From an uncultured Candidatus Binatia bacterium (GTDB lineage: Bacteria; Desulfobacterota; Binatia; UBA9968; JAJDTQ01): DNA of 64,000 nt. Below are positions 26,191-40,094 of this stretch, one piece after another (positions within the stretch are counted from its first letter, which is position 1; the number at the start of each line of letters is the position of its first letter). Made by a program: the position numbers and the translations under genes. The notes beneath the pieces were generated by a model. It had not been told where the DNA came from and did no database searches. It saw only the letters and a list, made by a program, of their open reading frames with translations. The stretch lies in the NCBI GenBank assembly GCA_965204205.1, contig OZ241976.1:1738755-1802754 (forward strand). Direction: 5' to 3'.

Positions 26191-27369
26191 CTACTCCGGC
26201 AGCACGCCCATGGCCTTGCGGATGGTCCGCACCGCCTGCCGGGTGCGGTGCTCGTTCTCGATCAGGGCGAAACGCACGTGCTGGTCGCCGTACTGCCCGA
26301 AGCCGATGCCCGGCGACACCGCCACCTTGGCCTCGTTCAGCAGGAACTTGGAGAACTCCACCGACCCCATGGAGCGGTAAGGAGCCGGGATCTCACCCCA
26401 CACGAACATGGTGGCCCTGGGCTTGCGGATCATCCAGTTGACCCGGGCCAGCCCGTCCACCAGCGCGTCCCGGCGGCTCCTGTAGGTCTCGGAGATGTCG
26501 TGCACGTCGTCGTCCCCGCTGTTGAGGGCGTGGATGGCGGCGATCTGGACCGGCTGGAAGATTCCGTAGTCCATGTAGCTCTTGAGCCGCGCCAGGGCAT
26601 GGATCATGGTGGCGTTGCCCACCGCGAACCCCACCCGCCAACCGGGCATGTTGTAGCTCTTGGACATGGTGAAGAACTCCACGCCCACGTCCTTGGCGCC
26701 GGGCGCCTGGAGAAAGCTCGGAGGCTCGTAGCCGTCGAAGGTGAGGTCCGCGTAGGCCAGGTCGTGGATCACCAGGATCTCGTTCTCCTTGGCGAACTTC
26801 ACGATGCGCTCGAAGAACTCGAGTTCCACTACCTCGGTGGTGGGATTGTGGGGGAAGTTCAGAATCAGCAGCTTGGGCCGCGGCCATGTCTGCTTGATGG
26901 CCTCCTCGAGCTGGTCCATGAACCCCTCGCTGGAGACCAACGGAATGCTGCGGAGGTCGCCGCCGGCAATGACCACCGAGTACTGGTGGATCGGATAGGT
27001 GGGGCTCGGGCACAGCACCACGTCCCCCGGGTCGATCATGGCCAGCACCAGGTGCGCCAGCCCTTCCTTGGAGCCGATGGTGACGATGGCCTCGTCGTCC
27101 GCGTCGATGGAGACTCCGTACCGGCGCTGATACCAGTCGCAGATGGCCACCCTGAGCTTGTAGATGCCCCGCGACACCGAGTAGCGATGGTTCTGCGGTT
27201 TCTGGACCGCCTCCACCAGCTTTTCGACGATGGGCGCCGGCGTCGCCATGTCCGGATTGCCCATGCTGAAGTCGACGATGTCCTCTCCCCTCCTCCGAGC
27301 CTCCTGCTTGAGGTCGTTGATGGTGTTGAAGACGTAGGGCGGCAGCCTCTTGATCCGGTTGAACTCCAC
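26191..27369 (-). CDS. PLP-dependent aminotransferase class I/II (alanine/aspartate aminotransferase-like)
   Basis: 392 aa with [10 protein letters not shown] containing the PLP lysine. Typical aminotransferase-hom arrangement. Confidence 0.9.
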   Translation of the reverse strand: MEFNRIKRLPPYVFNTINDLKQEARRRGEDIVDFSMGNPDMATPAPIVEKLVEAVQKPQNHRYSVSRGIYKLRVAICDWYQRRYGVSIDADDEAIVTIGSKEGLAHLVLAMIDPGDVVLCPSPTYPIHQYSVVIAGGDLRSIPLVSSEGFMDQLEEAIKQTWPRPKLLILNFPHNPTTEVVELEFFERIVKFAKENEILVIHDLAYADLTFDGYEPPSFLQAPGAKDVGVEFFTMSKSYNMPGWRVGFAVGNATMIHALARLKSYMDYGIFQPVQIAAIHALNSGDDDVHDISETYRSRRDALVDGLARVNWMIRKPRATMFVWGEIPAPYRSMGSVEFSKFLLNEAKVAVSPGIGFGQYGDQHVRFALIENEHRTRQAVRTIRKAMGVLPE

Positions 27370-27437
27370 GATGCAATACCTCTAAGGACCTGTTTTTACG
27401 TCATTGTCATTGTTGGCGCAAATCAGGGGCACCGGGC

Positions 27438-29612
27438 TCAGTCCGCCCAGGCACCCAGTTGCATGGCTTCGCCCCAGCGGTATCGCAGTTCTTCCCGAAC
27501 GCGCCGGGAGGCATCGCCGCGCAGACTCGGATCGTGCGCCAGCCAGTGACGGGCTTCGCTGCGCGCCGCCTGAAGCACCTCGTGATCGTGGACGAGGTGG
27601 GCCACCCGGAATCCCTGGAAGCCGGCCTGACGCGTGCCGAGGATTTCGCCGGCGCCGCGGAAACGCAGGTCGGCCTCGGCAACCTCGAAGCCGTCGGCGG
27701 TCTGCTCCAGGACCTCCAGGCGCCGGCGGGAGCCATCGTCGCGGGAGCCGTAGTGGATCAGGACACAGTGGGATTCTTCCCGACCCCGCCCTACCCGGCC
27801 CCGGAGTTGATGCAACTGGGCGAGTCCGAACCGCTCGGCGTGCTCCACCACCATGAGGGTGGCGCCGGGGACGTCGATCCCCACCTCGATGACGGTGGTT
27901 GCCACCAGGACCTGTATCTCCCCCTGCCGGAAGCGCCGCATCATCTGGTCTCGTTCGGCCGGGGGCATCTGGCCGTGGACCAGGCCGATGCGAAGCCCCT
28001 TCATGACGTTCCGGGACAGCTCCCGCGCCATGCTCTCGGCCGCCGCCATCGGCATCTTCCCGGATTCCTCCACCAACGGGTAGACCAGATACGCCTGGCG
28101 TCCGCCGGCCACCGCCGCCTGGACCCGCTCGTAGACCCTTTGCCGCTGTCCTTCCTGTACCACCACCGTGCGCACCGGCGTCCTGCCCGGCGGCGCCTCG
28201 TCCAGAAGCGACACCTCCAGATCACCGGAGAGGACCATGGCGAGGCTGCGCGGAATGGGCGTGGCGCTCATCAGCAGCAGGTCGGGCTCGCCCGCGGCGC
28301 TACCGGCCGCCGCATCCCGCAGCGACAGTCTCGCGAAGGCGCCGCGCTGGCTCACTCCGAAACGGTGCTGCTCATCGACGATGCCCAACCCCATGCGCGG
28401 CGCCGACACGCCTTCCTGGATGAGCGCGTGGGTGCCGACGACGAAATCCACTTCGCCGCGGGCGATACGGTCGATTGCCTCTCTTCTCGCCGTCGCCGAA
28501 AGCGACCCCGACAACAGCACGGCGCGGATGCGCAACCTCTCGGCGTAGGGGCGGAGCCTTTCGTAGTGCTGCTCGGCAAGAAGCTCGGTGGGGGCCAGAA
28601 GCAGCGCCTGCCGGCCGTTCTCCATGGCCCGCAGCGCCCCGAGCCACGCGATGACGGTCTTTCCCGAACCCACGTCGCCTTGCAGCAGGCGGCGCATGGG
28701 GCTTGGCGACTCCATGTCCCGGTAGATCTCCCGCAGCACGCGCTCCTGCCCGCCGGTGAGCCGGTAAGGGAGCAGCTCCCGCATCCGGCTCGTCAACGAC
28801 CCGGGGCGCGCCCGCGAGGCAAAACCGGGGGTGTCCTGACGCTGCCGCTGGCGCAAGGCCAAGGCCAGTTGAAAGTAGAAGAACTCATCGAACGCCAGCG
28901 ACCGGCGCGCCGTGGCCTGCGCTTCCTCGAGGGCGTTGGGGTCCATCGCGCTGTCCGGCCGGTGGATCACTCCCATGGCCCGGTTCAGGTCCATGAGGCC
29001 TTGTCGTTCGATCACCTCCGAAGGCAGGAAGCTGGGCAGGAATCCGCCGAACCGATCCAGGGCCTGAGCCGCCCAGCCGCGCAGGCTGGTTTGCGAGATG
29101 TCACCGGGTTTTTCGTATACGGGCCGCACCTCGGGCTGCCGCTCCGAGTCCTCGTCGAGAATCTCGAACTCCGGGTGGGGCACGCTGAGCCGGGCGCCGC
29201 GTCCGGGGGCCGCTCGCCCGTGGATGGAAAGACGCTGACCCGCCCGCAGGGCGTCCGCGACATAGCGGACGGGATTGAACCAGACCAGCTCCAGGCTGCC
29301 GGTGTCATCCGTCAGCGTGGCGGTGAGAATGCGGCGGCGTCCGTGAATGCGGCCGGTCCTGAGGCTCGTCAGGCGGCCGGTGAAACTGGCGCTTGCGCCG
29401 GCCTCCGCTTGAGAAATGGCGGAGACGTCCCGCCGGTCCTCGTAGCGGAACGGCAGGTGGTAGAGCAGGTCCTCGACGGTGGCGAGCCCGCGGCCGGCTA
29501 ACTGTGTGGCACGTACCGGGCCGATTCCCTTCAGAACGTCCAGTCGAAGCTGGAGAGCTTCATGGCAATCGGCGGGTTCAATGAGCGTCGCGTGATAGGT
29601 CTGAGGCGCCAT
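27438..29612 (-). CDS. recG: ATP-dependent DNA helicase RecG
   Basis: Wedge plus DEAD/H helicase motifs (GDVGSGKT, DEQHRFG). True start at MAPQTYHATL (29610-29612). The ORF-track start at 29819 reads through a repeat element. Confidence 0.9.
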   Translation of the reverse strand: MAPQTYHATLIEPADCHEALQLRLDVLKGIGPVRATQLAGRGLATVEDLLYHLPFRYEDRRDVSAISQAEAGASASFTGRLTSLRTGRIHGRRRILTATLTDDTGSLELVWFNPVRYVADALRAGQRLSIHGRAAPGRGARLSVPHPEFEILDEDSERQPEVRPVYEKPGDISQTSLRGWAAQALDRFGGFLPSFLPSEVIERQGLMDLNRAMGVIHRPDSAMDPNALEEAQATARRSLAFDEFFYFQLALALRQRQRQDTPGFASRARPGSLTSRMRELLPYRLTGGQERVLREIYRDMESPSPMRRLLQGDVGSGKTVIAWLGALRAMENGRQALLLAPTELLAEQHYERLRPYAERLRIRAVLLSGSLSATARREAIDRIARGEVDFVVGTHALIQEGVSAPRMGLGIVDEQHRFGVSQRGAFARLSLRDAAAGSAAGEPDLLLMSATPIPRSLAMVLSGDLEVSLLDEAPPGRTPVRTVVVQEGQRQRVYERVQAAVAGGRQAYLVYPLVEESGKMPMAAAESMARELSRNVMKGLRIGLVHGQMPPAERDQMMRRFRQGEIQVLVATTVIEVGIDVPGATLMVVEHAERFGLAQLHQLRGRVGRGREESHCVLIHYGSRDDGSRRRLEVLEQTADGFEVAEADLRFRGAGEILGTRQAGFQGFRVAHLVHDHEVLQAARSEARHWLAHDPSLRGDASRRVREELRYRWGEAMQLGAWAD

Positions 29613-29775
29613 GGCGTCCTTCGACTTCGCTCGGCCGGGCCTCGCTACGCCTGTCCTGAGCCTTGTCGAAGGGCTCAGGACGAAAGGGTTTTCATCGAAA
29701 TTCTTAAAGTGAATCGTTCGCCCTGAGCCCTTCGACAAGCTCAGGACAGGCTTTGCGAAGCGAAGTCGAAGGGCG
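29613..29775. repeat. family-A MITE-like nested palindromic element (about 160 bp; TIR CGTCCTTCGACTTCGC / GCGAAGTCGAAGGGCG)
   Basis: Outer TIRs, inner arms CCTGTCCTGAGCCTTGTCGAAGGGCTCAGGAC and an AT-rich centre. It lies between the recG start and the carB stop. Confidence 0.65.
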
Positions 29776-29840
29776 CCGGCCGGCGTCAGACGGAGTAATT
29801 CAACGGCCTGCCATGCCAAGAGCTGCCCACGGGTTCGAGT

Positions 29841-33074
<3,234 letters not shown>

Positions 33075-33075
33075 C

Positions 33076-34194
33076 TCAACCTTCAGCCTCGGCCATCAAG
33101 TCGCGGAAGCGGGCGAAGAGGTACGACGCGTCGTGCGGACCCGGCGATGCCTCGGGATGGTACTGGACCGAGAAGATGGGCTCCTCGCGGTGCCGGAGCC
33201 CCTCCACGGTGCGGTCGTTGAGGTTCACGTGGGTCACCTCCACCGCGCCCTCGAGGGAGTCCGCGTCCACCGCGAAGCCGTGGTTCTGGGTGGTGATCTC
33301 CACCTTTTCGGTGGTGAGATCCATGACCGGCTGGTTGCCGCCGTGATGGCCGAACTTGAGCTTGAAGGTGCGCCCGCCCATGGCGAGCCCCAGGATCTGG
33401 TGTCCCAGGCAGATGCCGAAGATGGGCCGCCGCCCGATGAGCCGCCTCACGATGTCGGCGGCGTAAGGGACGGCGGCGGGGTCTCCCGGGCCGTTGGACA
33501 GGAAGATGCCGGCCGGCTCGAGCGCGAGGGCATCGGCGGCCGGCGTCCATGCCGGTACCACGGTTACGCGGCAGCCGGCCTCCACCAGACCTCGCAGGAT
33601 GTTGAATTTTATGCCGTAGTCGTATGCCACCACGTGAAAATCCGGCTCCCCGCCCGGGGCGAAGCCACTTCCCATGTGCCAGACTCCCTGGTCCCAGCGG
33701 TAGGGCTCGCGGCAGGTCACGTTCTTGACGAGGTCTCTGCCTTCAAGCCCCCCCAACGCCTGCGCTTTTTTAGCCAGCTCCGCCCCACCCCCGCCCGCCG
33801 TGGAGATGATGCCGCCCTGGGCGCCGCGTTCCCGTATGTGGGTAACCAGGGAGCGCGTGTCCAGGCCCTCGATGCCCACGATCCCGTGCTCGCGCATGTA
33901 GTCGTGCAGCGGCCGGGTGGCGCGCCAATTGCTCGGCACCGGGCAGTACTCCTTCACGATGAAACCCCTGACGAACGGCCGCAACGACTCGTCGTCCTCC
34001 GGATTGACGCCGACGTTGCCGATCTCCGGATAGGTCATGGTGACGAGCTGGCCCTCGTAGGATGGATCGGTGAGGATCTCCTGGTATCCCGTCATGCTGG
34101 TATTGAAGACTACCTCCCCCGCCGCCTCCCCTTCGCTGCCGAAGGAGCGGCCGGCAAACGAGGTCCCGTCCGCCAATGTGAGAATGGCTTTCAT
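33076..34194 (-). CDS. carA: Carbamoyl-phosphate synthase small subunit (glutamine amidotransferase)
   Basis: 372 aa with a GATase class I Cys-His-Glu triad (GICLGHQ). Lies immediately upstream of carB. Confidence 0.95.
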   Translation of the reverse strand: MKAILTLADGTSFAGRSFGSEGEAAGEVVFNTSMTGYQEILTDPSYEGQLVTMTYPEIGNVGVNPEDDESLRPFVRGFIVKEYCPVPSNWRATRPLHDYMREHGIVGIEGLDTRSLVTHIRERGAQGGIISTAGGGGAELAKKAQALGGLEGRDLVKNVTCREPYRWDQGVWHMGSGFAPGGEPDFHVVAYDYGIKFNILRGLVEAGCRVTVVPAWTPAADALALEPAGIFLSNGPGDPAAVPYAADIVRRLIGRRPIFGICLGHQILGLAMGGRTFKLKFGHHGGNQPVMDLTTEKVEITTQNHGFAVDADSLEGAVEVTHVNLNDRTVEGLRHREEPIFSVQYHPEASPGPHDASYLFARFRDLMAEAEG

Positions 34195-34218
34195 GAGATG
34201 AACCGCCCGCCCGTCTGT

Positions 34219-34881
34219 TCAATAGATGAGGCCGCCGATGCGCCACCAGCGGGGCCAACTCTTTTCCGAGTCCCACGACCAGTACTTGACGAAGGCCCGG
34301 CCGCGGATGTCCTGGATAGGGACGAACCCCCAGAAGCGGCTGTCGAAGCTGCGGTCCCGGTTGTCGCCCATGACGAACACGTGCCCCTCCGGGACCTTCA
34401 CCGGGCCGAGATTGTCGCGGACGTGGTCGACGCCCAGGGTAATTTTTCGCTCTTCGAAATGAGCGTGGGCGTCGTCGACGGCCTCTCCGTTTATGTAGAG
34501 CTTCTTGTCGCGGATCAGCACGTCGTCCCCCGGCACCGCCACCACCCGCTTGATGAAATCCTTGCAGCGGTCCCTGGGATAGACGAACACGATCACGTCG
34601 CCGCGCTCGGGCATGTCCCACTCCATCACGTGGGAACCGCGCGCCAGGTCGACGCAGCCGGCGAAGGGCACCCAGTTGACGTCCGGAAGCCGCACACCGT
34701 AGGAAAGCTTGTTCACCAGGATGTGGTCGCCGATAGCCAGGGTGGGGATCATGGACCCCGACGGGATCTTGAAAGCCTGCACGACGAAGGCGCGCAGGAA
34801 CAACGCGGCCACGAGCGCGATGAGGATGGCTTCCGTGTACTCCCGGAAGACGCTTTTTCTGGACTTGCCGAATCTGGCCAC
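34219..34881 (-). CDS. lepB: Signal peptidase I
   Basis: 220 aa with an N-terminal TM segment and S26 catalytic motifs (SGSMIPTL, VKRV). Downstream of lepA, as in the conserved lepA-lepB operon. Confidence 0.9.
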   Translation of the reverse strand: MARFGKSRKSVFREYTEAILIALVAALFLRAFVVQAFKIPSGSMIPTLAIGDHILVNKLSYGVRLPDVNWVPFAGCVDLARGSHVMEWDMPERGDVIVFVYPRDRCKDFIKRVVAVPGDDVLIRDKKLYINGEAVDDAHAHFEERKITLGVDHVRDNLGPVKVPEGHVFVMGDNRDRSFDSRFWGFVPIQDIRGRAFVKYWSWDSEKSWPRWWRIGGLIY

Positions 34882-34970
34882 TTACGGAGATTCCCTGGTG
34901 TTCTTCGCTTGCGCGGGCGGGCTTGCGGCCCGTCCCTACACATTTAACACCTCAACCGGCAACTTTGAAA

Positions 34971-36764
34971 TCAGACCTTCAGGGCCGCCAGGAACGCCTC
35001 CTGGGGTATCTCCACCCGGCCCACCGACTTCATGCGCTTCTTGCCCTCCTTCTGCCGTTCCAGGAGCTTGCGCTTGCGTGTGATGTCGCCGCCGTAGCAC
35101 TTGGCGGTGACGTTCTTGCGCAGCGCCTTGACCGATTCCCTGGAGATGATGCGGCTGCCGATGGCCGCCTGGATCACCACCTCGAAGAGCTGGCGCGGGA
35201 TCAGCTCGCGCATGCGCTGCACCATGTCCCGGCCGCGCACGTAGGCCTTGTCGCGGTGCACGATCAGCGACATGGCGTCCACCAGGTCGCCGTTGATGCG
35301 GATGTCCAGCTTGGCGAGCTTCGACGGGCGCATCCCCGCCATCTCGTAGTCCATGGAAGCGTAGCCCCGGCTGATGGACTTGAGGCGGTCGTAGAAGTCG
35401 TAGACGATCTCGTTGAGGGGCAGCTCGTAGGTGACCATGGCCCGGTTGAGGCCGGCGTAGCGCAGTTCCCGCTGGACCCCGCGCTTCTCCTCGCACAGCT
35501 TGAGGACGCCGCCGAGATAGTCCTGGGGAAGGTGGATGGTGGCCAGGATGAAGGGCTCCTCGATGGTCTCGATGTCGGCCTCGTTGGGGAAGGCCACCGG
35601 GTTGTCGATGGCCAACACCTCCCCGGAGCGGGTGGTCACCTGGTACACCACGGTGGGAGCCGTGGTGATGAGGGCGAGGTCGAACTCCCGCTCGAGCCGT
35701 TCGTGCACGATGTCCAGGTGGAGCAGGCCCAGGAACCCGCAGCGGAAGCCGAACCCCAGGGCCTGGGAAGTCTCCGCCTCGAAGGTGAAGGAGGAGTCGT
35801 TCAGGCTGAGCTTCTCCAACGCCGTTCTCAACGCCTGGTACTGGCCGGAGTCCGCCGGGTAAAGGCCGCTGAACACCATCGGCTTCAACGGCCGGAATCC
35901 CGACAAGGGCTCTCGAGCCGGGCGCTTGTGAATCGTCACCGTGTCGCCGATGCGGGCCTCCGCGATGTTCTTGATGGAGGCCATGAGGAAGCCCACCTCC
36001 CCCGGTCCCAGGCTCCCGACCTCCACCGCGCCCGGCGCGAAGATTCCCAGCCGGCTGACGTCGAAGACCCCGCCCGTGGACATGAGCCGGATGGAGTCGC
36101 CGGTGCTGACGCGTCCTTCGAAGACGCGCAGCAGGATCACCGCGCCGTGATACGGGTCGAACCAACTGTCGAAGACAAGGCCGCGCAGCGGCGCCCGCTC
36201 CTCGCCCCGGGGCGGCGGGAAGTGGGCGACGATGCCCTCGAGCACCTCCTCGGTGCCGACGCCGTTCTTGGCGCTGGCGAGGATCGCGTGGCCGCTGTCG
36301 AGGCCGATGACGTCCTCGATCTCCTCCTTGACGCGGTCCGGGTCCGCGCTCGGCAGGTCGATCTTGTTGATGACCGGGAGGACCTGGAGGTCGTGGTCCA
36401 GCGCCAGGTAGACGTTGGCCACGGTCTGCGCCTCCACCCCCTGGGCGGCGTCCACCACCAGGATCGCTCCCTCGCACGCCGCCAGGCTCCGGGAGACCTC
36501 GTAGGAGAAATCCACGTGCCCCGGCGTGTCGATGAGGTTCAGGACGTAGTCCTCGCCGCTCCTGGAGCGGTACTCGAGCCGCACCGGACTGGCCTTGATG
36601 GTGATGCCGCGCTCGCGCTCCAGCTCCATCTTGTCCAGGAACTGGTCGGTCTTCTCGCGCTCGCTGAGCGCGCCGGTGTGCTCCAGCAATCGATCCGCCA
36701 GCGTGGACTTGCCGTGGTCGATATGGGCGATGATGCAGAAATTCCGTATGCGGCTGCTATCCAC
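34971..36764 (-). CDS. lepA: Elongation factor 4 (LepA)
   Basis: 597 aa with a GTPase G-domain (AHIDHGKST) and a LepA C-terminal domain. It starts with GTG (36762-36764), which overlaps the ugd stop. Confidence 0.95.
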   Translation of the reverse strand: MDSSRIRNFCIIAHIDHGKSTLADRLLEHTGALSEREKTDQFLDKMELERERGITIKASPVRLEYRSRSGEDYVLNLIDTPGHVDFSYEVSRSLAACEGAILVVDAAQGVEAQTVANVYLALDHDLQVLPVINKIDLPSADPDRVKEEIEDVIGLDSGHAILASAKNGVGTEEVLEGIVAHFPPPRGEERAPLRGLVFDSWFDPYHGAVILLRVFEGRVSTGDSIRLMSTGGVFDVSRLGIFAPGAVEVGSLGPGEVGFLMASIKNIAEARIGDTVTIHKRPAREPLSGFRPLKPMVFSGLYPADSGQYQALRTALEKLSLNDSSFTFEAETSQALGFGFRCGFLGLLHLDIVHERLEREFDLALITTAPTVVYQVTTRSGEVLAIDNPVAFPNEADIETIEEPFILATIHLPQDYLGGVLKLCEEKRGVQRELRYAGLNRAMVTYELPLNEIVYDFYDRLKSISRGYASMDYEMAGMRPSKLAKLDIRINGDLVDAMSLIVHRDKAYVRGRDMVQRMRELIPRQLFEVVIQAAIGSRIISRESVKALRKNVTAKCYGGDITRKRKLLERQKEGKKRMKSVGRVEIPQEAFLAALKV

Positions 36765-38061
36765 GGCCCCGTCCTATGGAGTGGTAGATGAAACCTTGCC
36801 GTTGCATCGCCGCCGGATCGTAGAGGTTGCGGCCGTCGAACAGCACCGGCCGGCGCAGCAACTCCTTGAGGCGCGCGAAGTCGGGGCTGCGGAACTCGTT
36901 CCATTCCGTCAGGATCAGCACCGCGTCGGCGTCCTCGGCGACCTCGTAGTTGTTGGAGCCGTATTCGATGCGGTTTCCATAACGCTTCCGCGCTTCGTCC
37001 ATGGCCTCGGGATCGAAGGCGCGCACGCGCGCGCCGGCCTCCAGCAGCCCGTCGACGATCCGAAGGGCCGGAGCCTCGCGCATGTCGTCGGTGCGGGCCT
37101 TGAAGGCAAGCCCCCAAACCGCCAGCGTACACGCCGCCAACTCTTCGCCGAAATACCGCCCGACCTTGTCCAGCAGGAGTTCCTTCTGCGTCTCGTTGAC
37201 CCGGTCCACGGCCCGAAGCAACGGCATTTCCAGCTCGGTGCCGCCCATGGCGATCATCGCACGGATGTCCTTGGGCAGGCAGGAGCCGCCGAACCCGATG
37301 CCGGGATAGATGAAGTGAGGGCCGATGCGGTGGTCCAGTCCCATGACGCGCCGGACCTGCTCGACGTCGGCCCCCTCCTTCTCGCACAGCCGCGCGGTCT
37401 CGTTGATGAAGGAGATCTTCGTCGCCAGCATGGCGTTGGCGGCGTACTTGCTCATCTCCGCGCTCCGGGAGTCCGTGAGGATGATCGGATTTCCCCTGCG
37501 CACGAAAGGCTCGTAAAGACTCTTGAGGCGTTCCAGCGCGCCGGCATCCTCACCCCCCAGGACCACCCGGTCCGGCTTCATGAAGTCCTCTACCGCCGTC
37601 CCCTCTTTCAGGAACTCCGGGTTCGAGACCACCGCCACCGGATGTTCGGTGCCGGCTTCGATAATCTCCCGGACCCGCGCCGCCGTGCCCACCGGCACCG
37701 TGCTCTTGGTCACGACGATCTTGCCACCGTTCATGGCCCGGGCGATGTCTTCCGCCACCACGAACACCTGGCTCAGGTCGGCGCCGCCCTCCGAGACCTG
37801 GGGCGTTCCCACCGCGATGAAGACGGCCTCCGCGCGCTTGACGGCCTCGGCCAGATCGGTGGAAAAGGCAAGCCTCCCCTCGCGGGTGTTGCGTTCGACC
37901 AGTTCCTCGAGCCCCAGCTCGTAGAGTGGAACCGTGCCGCTCCGAAGCTGCCCGATCTTCGCCTCGTCGATGTCGACACAGACCACGTCGTTGCCGGTCT
38001 CGGCGAAGCAGCTCCCCGTAACCAGCCCCACGTAGCCCGTACCGATCATTGCGATGTTCAT
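36757..38061 (-). CDS. ugd: UDP-glucose 6-dehydrogenase (UDP-glucose/GDP-mannose dehydrogenase family)
   Basis: 434 aa with an N-terminal Rossmann motif GTGYVGL and catalytic [10 protein letters not shown]. Confidence 0.9.
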   Translation of the reverse strand: MNIAMIGTGYVGLVTGSCFAETGNDVVCVDIDEAKIGQLRSGTVPLYELGLEELVERNTREGRLAFSTDLAEAVKRAEAVFIAVGTPQVSEGGADLSQVFVVAEDIARAMNGGKIVVTKSTVPVGTAARVREIIEAGTEHPVAVVSNPEFLKEGTAVEDFMKPDRVVLGGEDAGALERLKSLYEPFVRRGNPIILTDSRSAEMSKYAANAMLATKISFINETARLCEKEGADVEQVRRVMGLDHRIGPHFIYPGIGFGGSCLPKDIRAMIAMGGTELEMPLLRAVDRVNETQKELLLDKVGRYFGEELAACTLAVWGLAFKARTDDMREAPALRIVDGLLEAGARVRAFDPEAMDEARKRYGNRIEYGSNNYEVAEDADAVLILTEWNEFRSPDFARLKELLRRPVLFDGRNLYDPAAMQRQGFIYHSIGRGRG

Positions 38062-38104
38062 GCGCTCGACCTGCGTCGCATCCTTTCCGAGAAGTGAGCT
38101 GCCC

Positions 38105-38155
38105 TCCGACTCCGCTTCGCTACGCCTGTCCTGAGCTGGACGAAGGACTCAGGGA
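38105..38155. repeat. family-A repeat fragment (TCGCTACGCCTGTCCTGAGC...GAAGGACTCAGG)
   Basis: Shares the core of the family-A elements. Lies between the ugd start and the pfkB-kinase stop. Confidence 0.5.
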
Positions 38156-38173
38156 GAACGGTCAAGTTTCACA

Positions 38174-39079
38174 CTAGTCGTGGAAGCGGGTGAGCTCCAC
38201 GAAGCGCCGGTAACGCTCGTCGATCTCCGCCCTTTCCAGCGCCATCAGCCGCCTGGGCCCGAAGTCCTCCACCGTGAAGGAGGCGGTGACGTTGCCGTAC
38301 ACGATGGCGCGACGGAGCGCGTCCCCGCCCGTGCTTGCACCGGAGGCCAGGTATCCCATGAACGCTCCGCCGAAGGAGTCGCCCGCGCCCGTCGGATCCA
38401 GGACCTCTTCCAGGGGATAGGCCGGGACCACGAAGGTCGCGTCGTCGGAGAACTGGAACACGCCGTACTCGCCGCGCTTGATGAGCACCACCCGGGGCCC
38501 CATCTTGAGAATAGAGCGGGCCGCCCGGACGATGTTGTGGTCTCCGCTCAGCATGCGTGCTTCCGAGTCGTTGATGACCACGGTCTCGACCCGCTCCAGG
38601 ACCTTCCGCAATTCCCCGGGATTCTCCCGGATCCAGTGGTCCATGGTATCGCAGGCCACCAGCCGCGGCTGCTTCAGGCGCGACATCACGTCCAACTGCG
38701 CGTCCGGATGCATGTTGCCGAGAAAGGCATACTCCGTGTCCTCGTAGCCCGCGGGCATAAGGGGAACGAAGTCCCCCAACACGTTGAGCTGAACCTCCAG
38801 CGTATCGCGGACGTTCAGGTCCTCGTGGTACCGGCCGTGCCAGAAGAACGTCTTGCCCTCGGCGCGCTGCAACCCTTCCAGGTCCACGCCGCTGCGCGAC
38901 AGCGCGGTCAGGTGTTCCGCGGGAAAGTCCTGACCCACCACGCCGACGATCCGGACCGGCGCGAAGAACGCGGCGGCCAGTGCGAAGTACGCCGCCGACC
39001 CCCCGAGGACCCGATCGGCACGGCCGTGCGGCGTCTCGATGGAATCGAACGCCATCGATCCCACCACCAGTACACTCAT
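38174..39079 (-). CDS. PfkB-family carbohydrate/nucleoside kinase (ribokinase-like)
   Basis: 301 aa with a C-terminal DPTGAGDSFGGAF motif (the PfkB anion-hole signature). Confidence 0.85.
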   Translation of the reverse strand: MSVLVVGSMAFDSIETPHGRADRVLGGSAAYFALAAAFFAPVRIVGVVGQDFPAEHLTALSRSGVDLEGLQRAEGKTFFWHGRYHEDLNVRDTLEVQLNVLGDFVPLMPAGYEDTEYAFLGNMHPDAQLDVMSRLKQPRLVACDTMDHWIRENPGELRKVLERVETVVINDSEARMLSGDHNIVRAARSILKMGPRVVLIKRGEYGVFQFSDDATFVVPAYPLEEVLDPTGAGDSFGGAFMGYLASGASTGGDALRRAIVYGNVTASFTVEDFGPRRLMALERAEIDERYRRFVELTRFHD

Positions 39080-39112
39080 GTCACAAACCTCCCAAGTCCC
39101 GTAACCGTTCGT

Positions 39113-39150
39113 CCTGACCGTAGCGGAGCGAAGTCGAAGGACATCCTTTC
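39113..39150. repeat. family-A repeat fragment (CCGTTCGTCCTGACCGTAGCGGAGCGAAGTCGAAGGAC)
   Basis: Contains inner-arm and outer-TIR motifs of family A. Lies between the kinase start and the mtnP stop. Confidence 0.5.
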
Positions 39151-39178
39151 ACGCGTCATCCCGAACCGTCTCGGAGTT

Positions 39179-40042
39179 TCACAGGTACTTGTCCACCAGC
39201 GGTCCGAGCTTCTTGCGCGTTGCCGCCGGTATCACGGAGCGGTCCGTCACGATGGCCATGGCCAGCGCCGTGGCGCACGGGCAGGCGCGCTCCGGCGACA
39301 GGCGCTCGGCGGTGCCGCGGACGATGCGCTTGGCCACGTCCGCGTTCCGCTGCAACACCGCAATGATCTCCTCGATGTCGACGTCGCCGGCGGCTTCGTT
39401 CCAGCAGTCGTAGTCCGTGGCCATGGCCATGGTGGCGAAGCAGATCTCGGCTTCCCGCGCCAGCTTGGCTTCCTGCAGGTTGGTCATGCCGATGACGTCC
39501 GCGCCCCAGCTCCGGTGAAGCGCCGACTCCGCCCGGGTGGAGAACTGCGGCCCCTCCATGCACACGTAGGTGCCGCGGCCGTGCACCCGGATGTCCTCGT
39601 TTGCGGCCGCGTCGGCCACCACCGCCCGCAGGCGGTCGCAGAACGGATCCGCGAACTGCACGTGGGCCACCACGCCGTCGCCGAAGAACGTCGGCGAACG
39701 CCGGTAGGTGCGGTCGATGAACTGGTCCGGAAGCACCATGTGCCCGGGCTCGATCTCCTGCTTGAGGCTGCCCACCGCGCTTACCGACAGGATCCGTCCG
39801 ACCCCCAGCTTCTTCATGCCGAAGATGTTGGCGCGGTTGTTGACCTCGGTGGGCAGCAGCCGGTGCCCCTTGCCGTGGCGCGGCAGGAACACCATCTCGA
39901 CCCCGCCCAGGGACCCGGTCACGAACGCGCCCGAGGGTTCGCCGAACGGCGTGTCCACCTCGACCTCGCGAACCTCACTCAGCCCCTCCATCTCGTAGAG
40001 GCCGGTGCCGCCGATGACACCCAGGATCGTTTTCTGTTCCAT
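39179..40042 (-). CDS. mtnP: S-methyl-5'-thioadenosine phosphorylase
   Basis: 287 aa in the PNP/MTAP family (GVIGGTGLY). Confidence 0.9.
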   Translation of the reverse strand: MEQKTILGVIGGTGLYEMEGLSEVREVEVDTPFGEPSGAFVTGSLGGVEMVFLPRHGKGHRLLPTEVNNRANIFGMKKLGVGRILSVSAVGSLKQEIEPGHMVLPDQFIDRTYRRSPTFFGDGVVAHVQFADPFCDRLRAVVADAAANEDIRVHGRGTYVCMEGPQFSTRAESALHRSWGADVIGMTNLQEAKLAREAEICFATMAMATDYDCWNEAAGDVDIEEIIAVLQRNADVAKRIVRGTAERLSPERACPCATALAMAIVTDRSVIPAATRKKLGPLVDKYL

Positions 40043-40094
40043 CTTGTTCCGTCCTGTATCCCGACAAGGTCTTCCGAGACCGCCCGCCGTCCGG

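Noticed and set aside
29613-29820. Repeat arrays considered as CRISPR
   Set aside because: The units are palindromic and nested rather than direct repeats with unique spacers. Copies are dispersed singly across the window and no cas genes are present.
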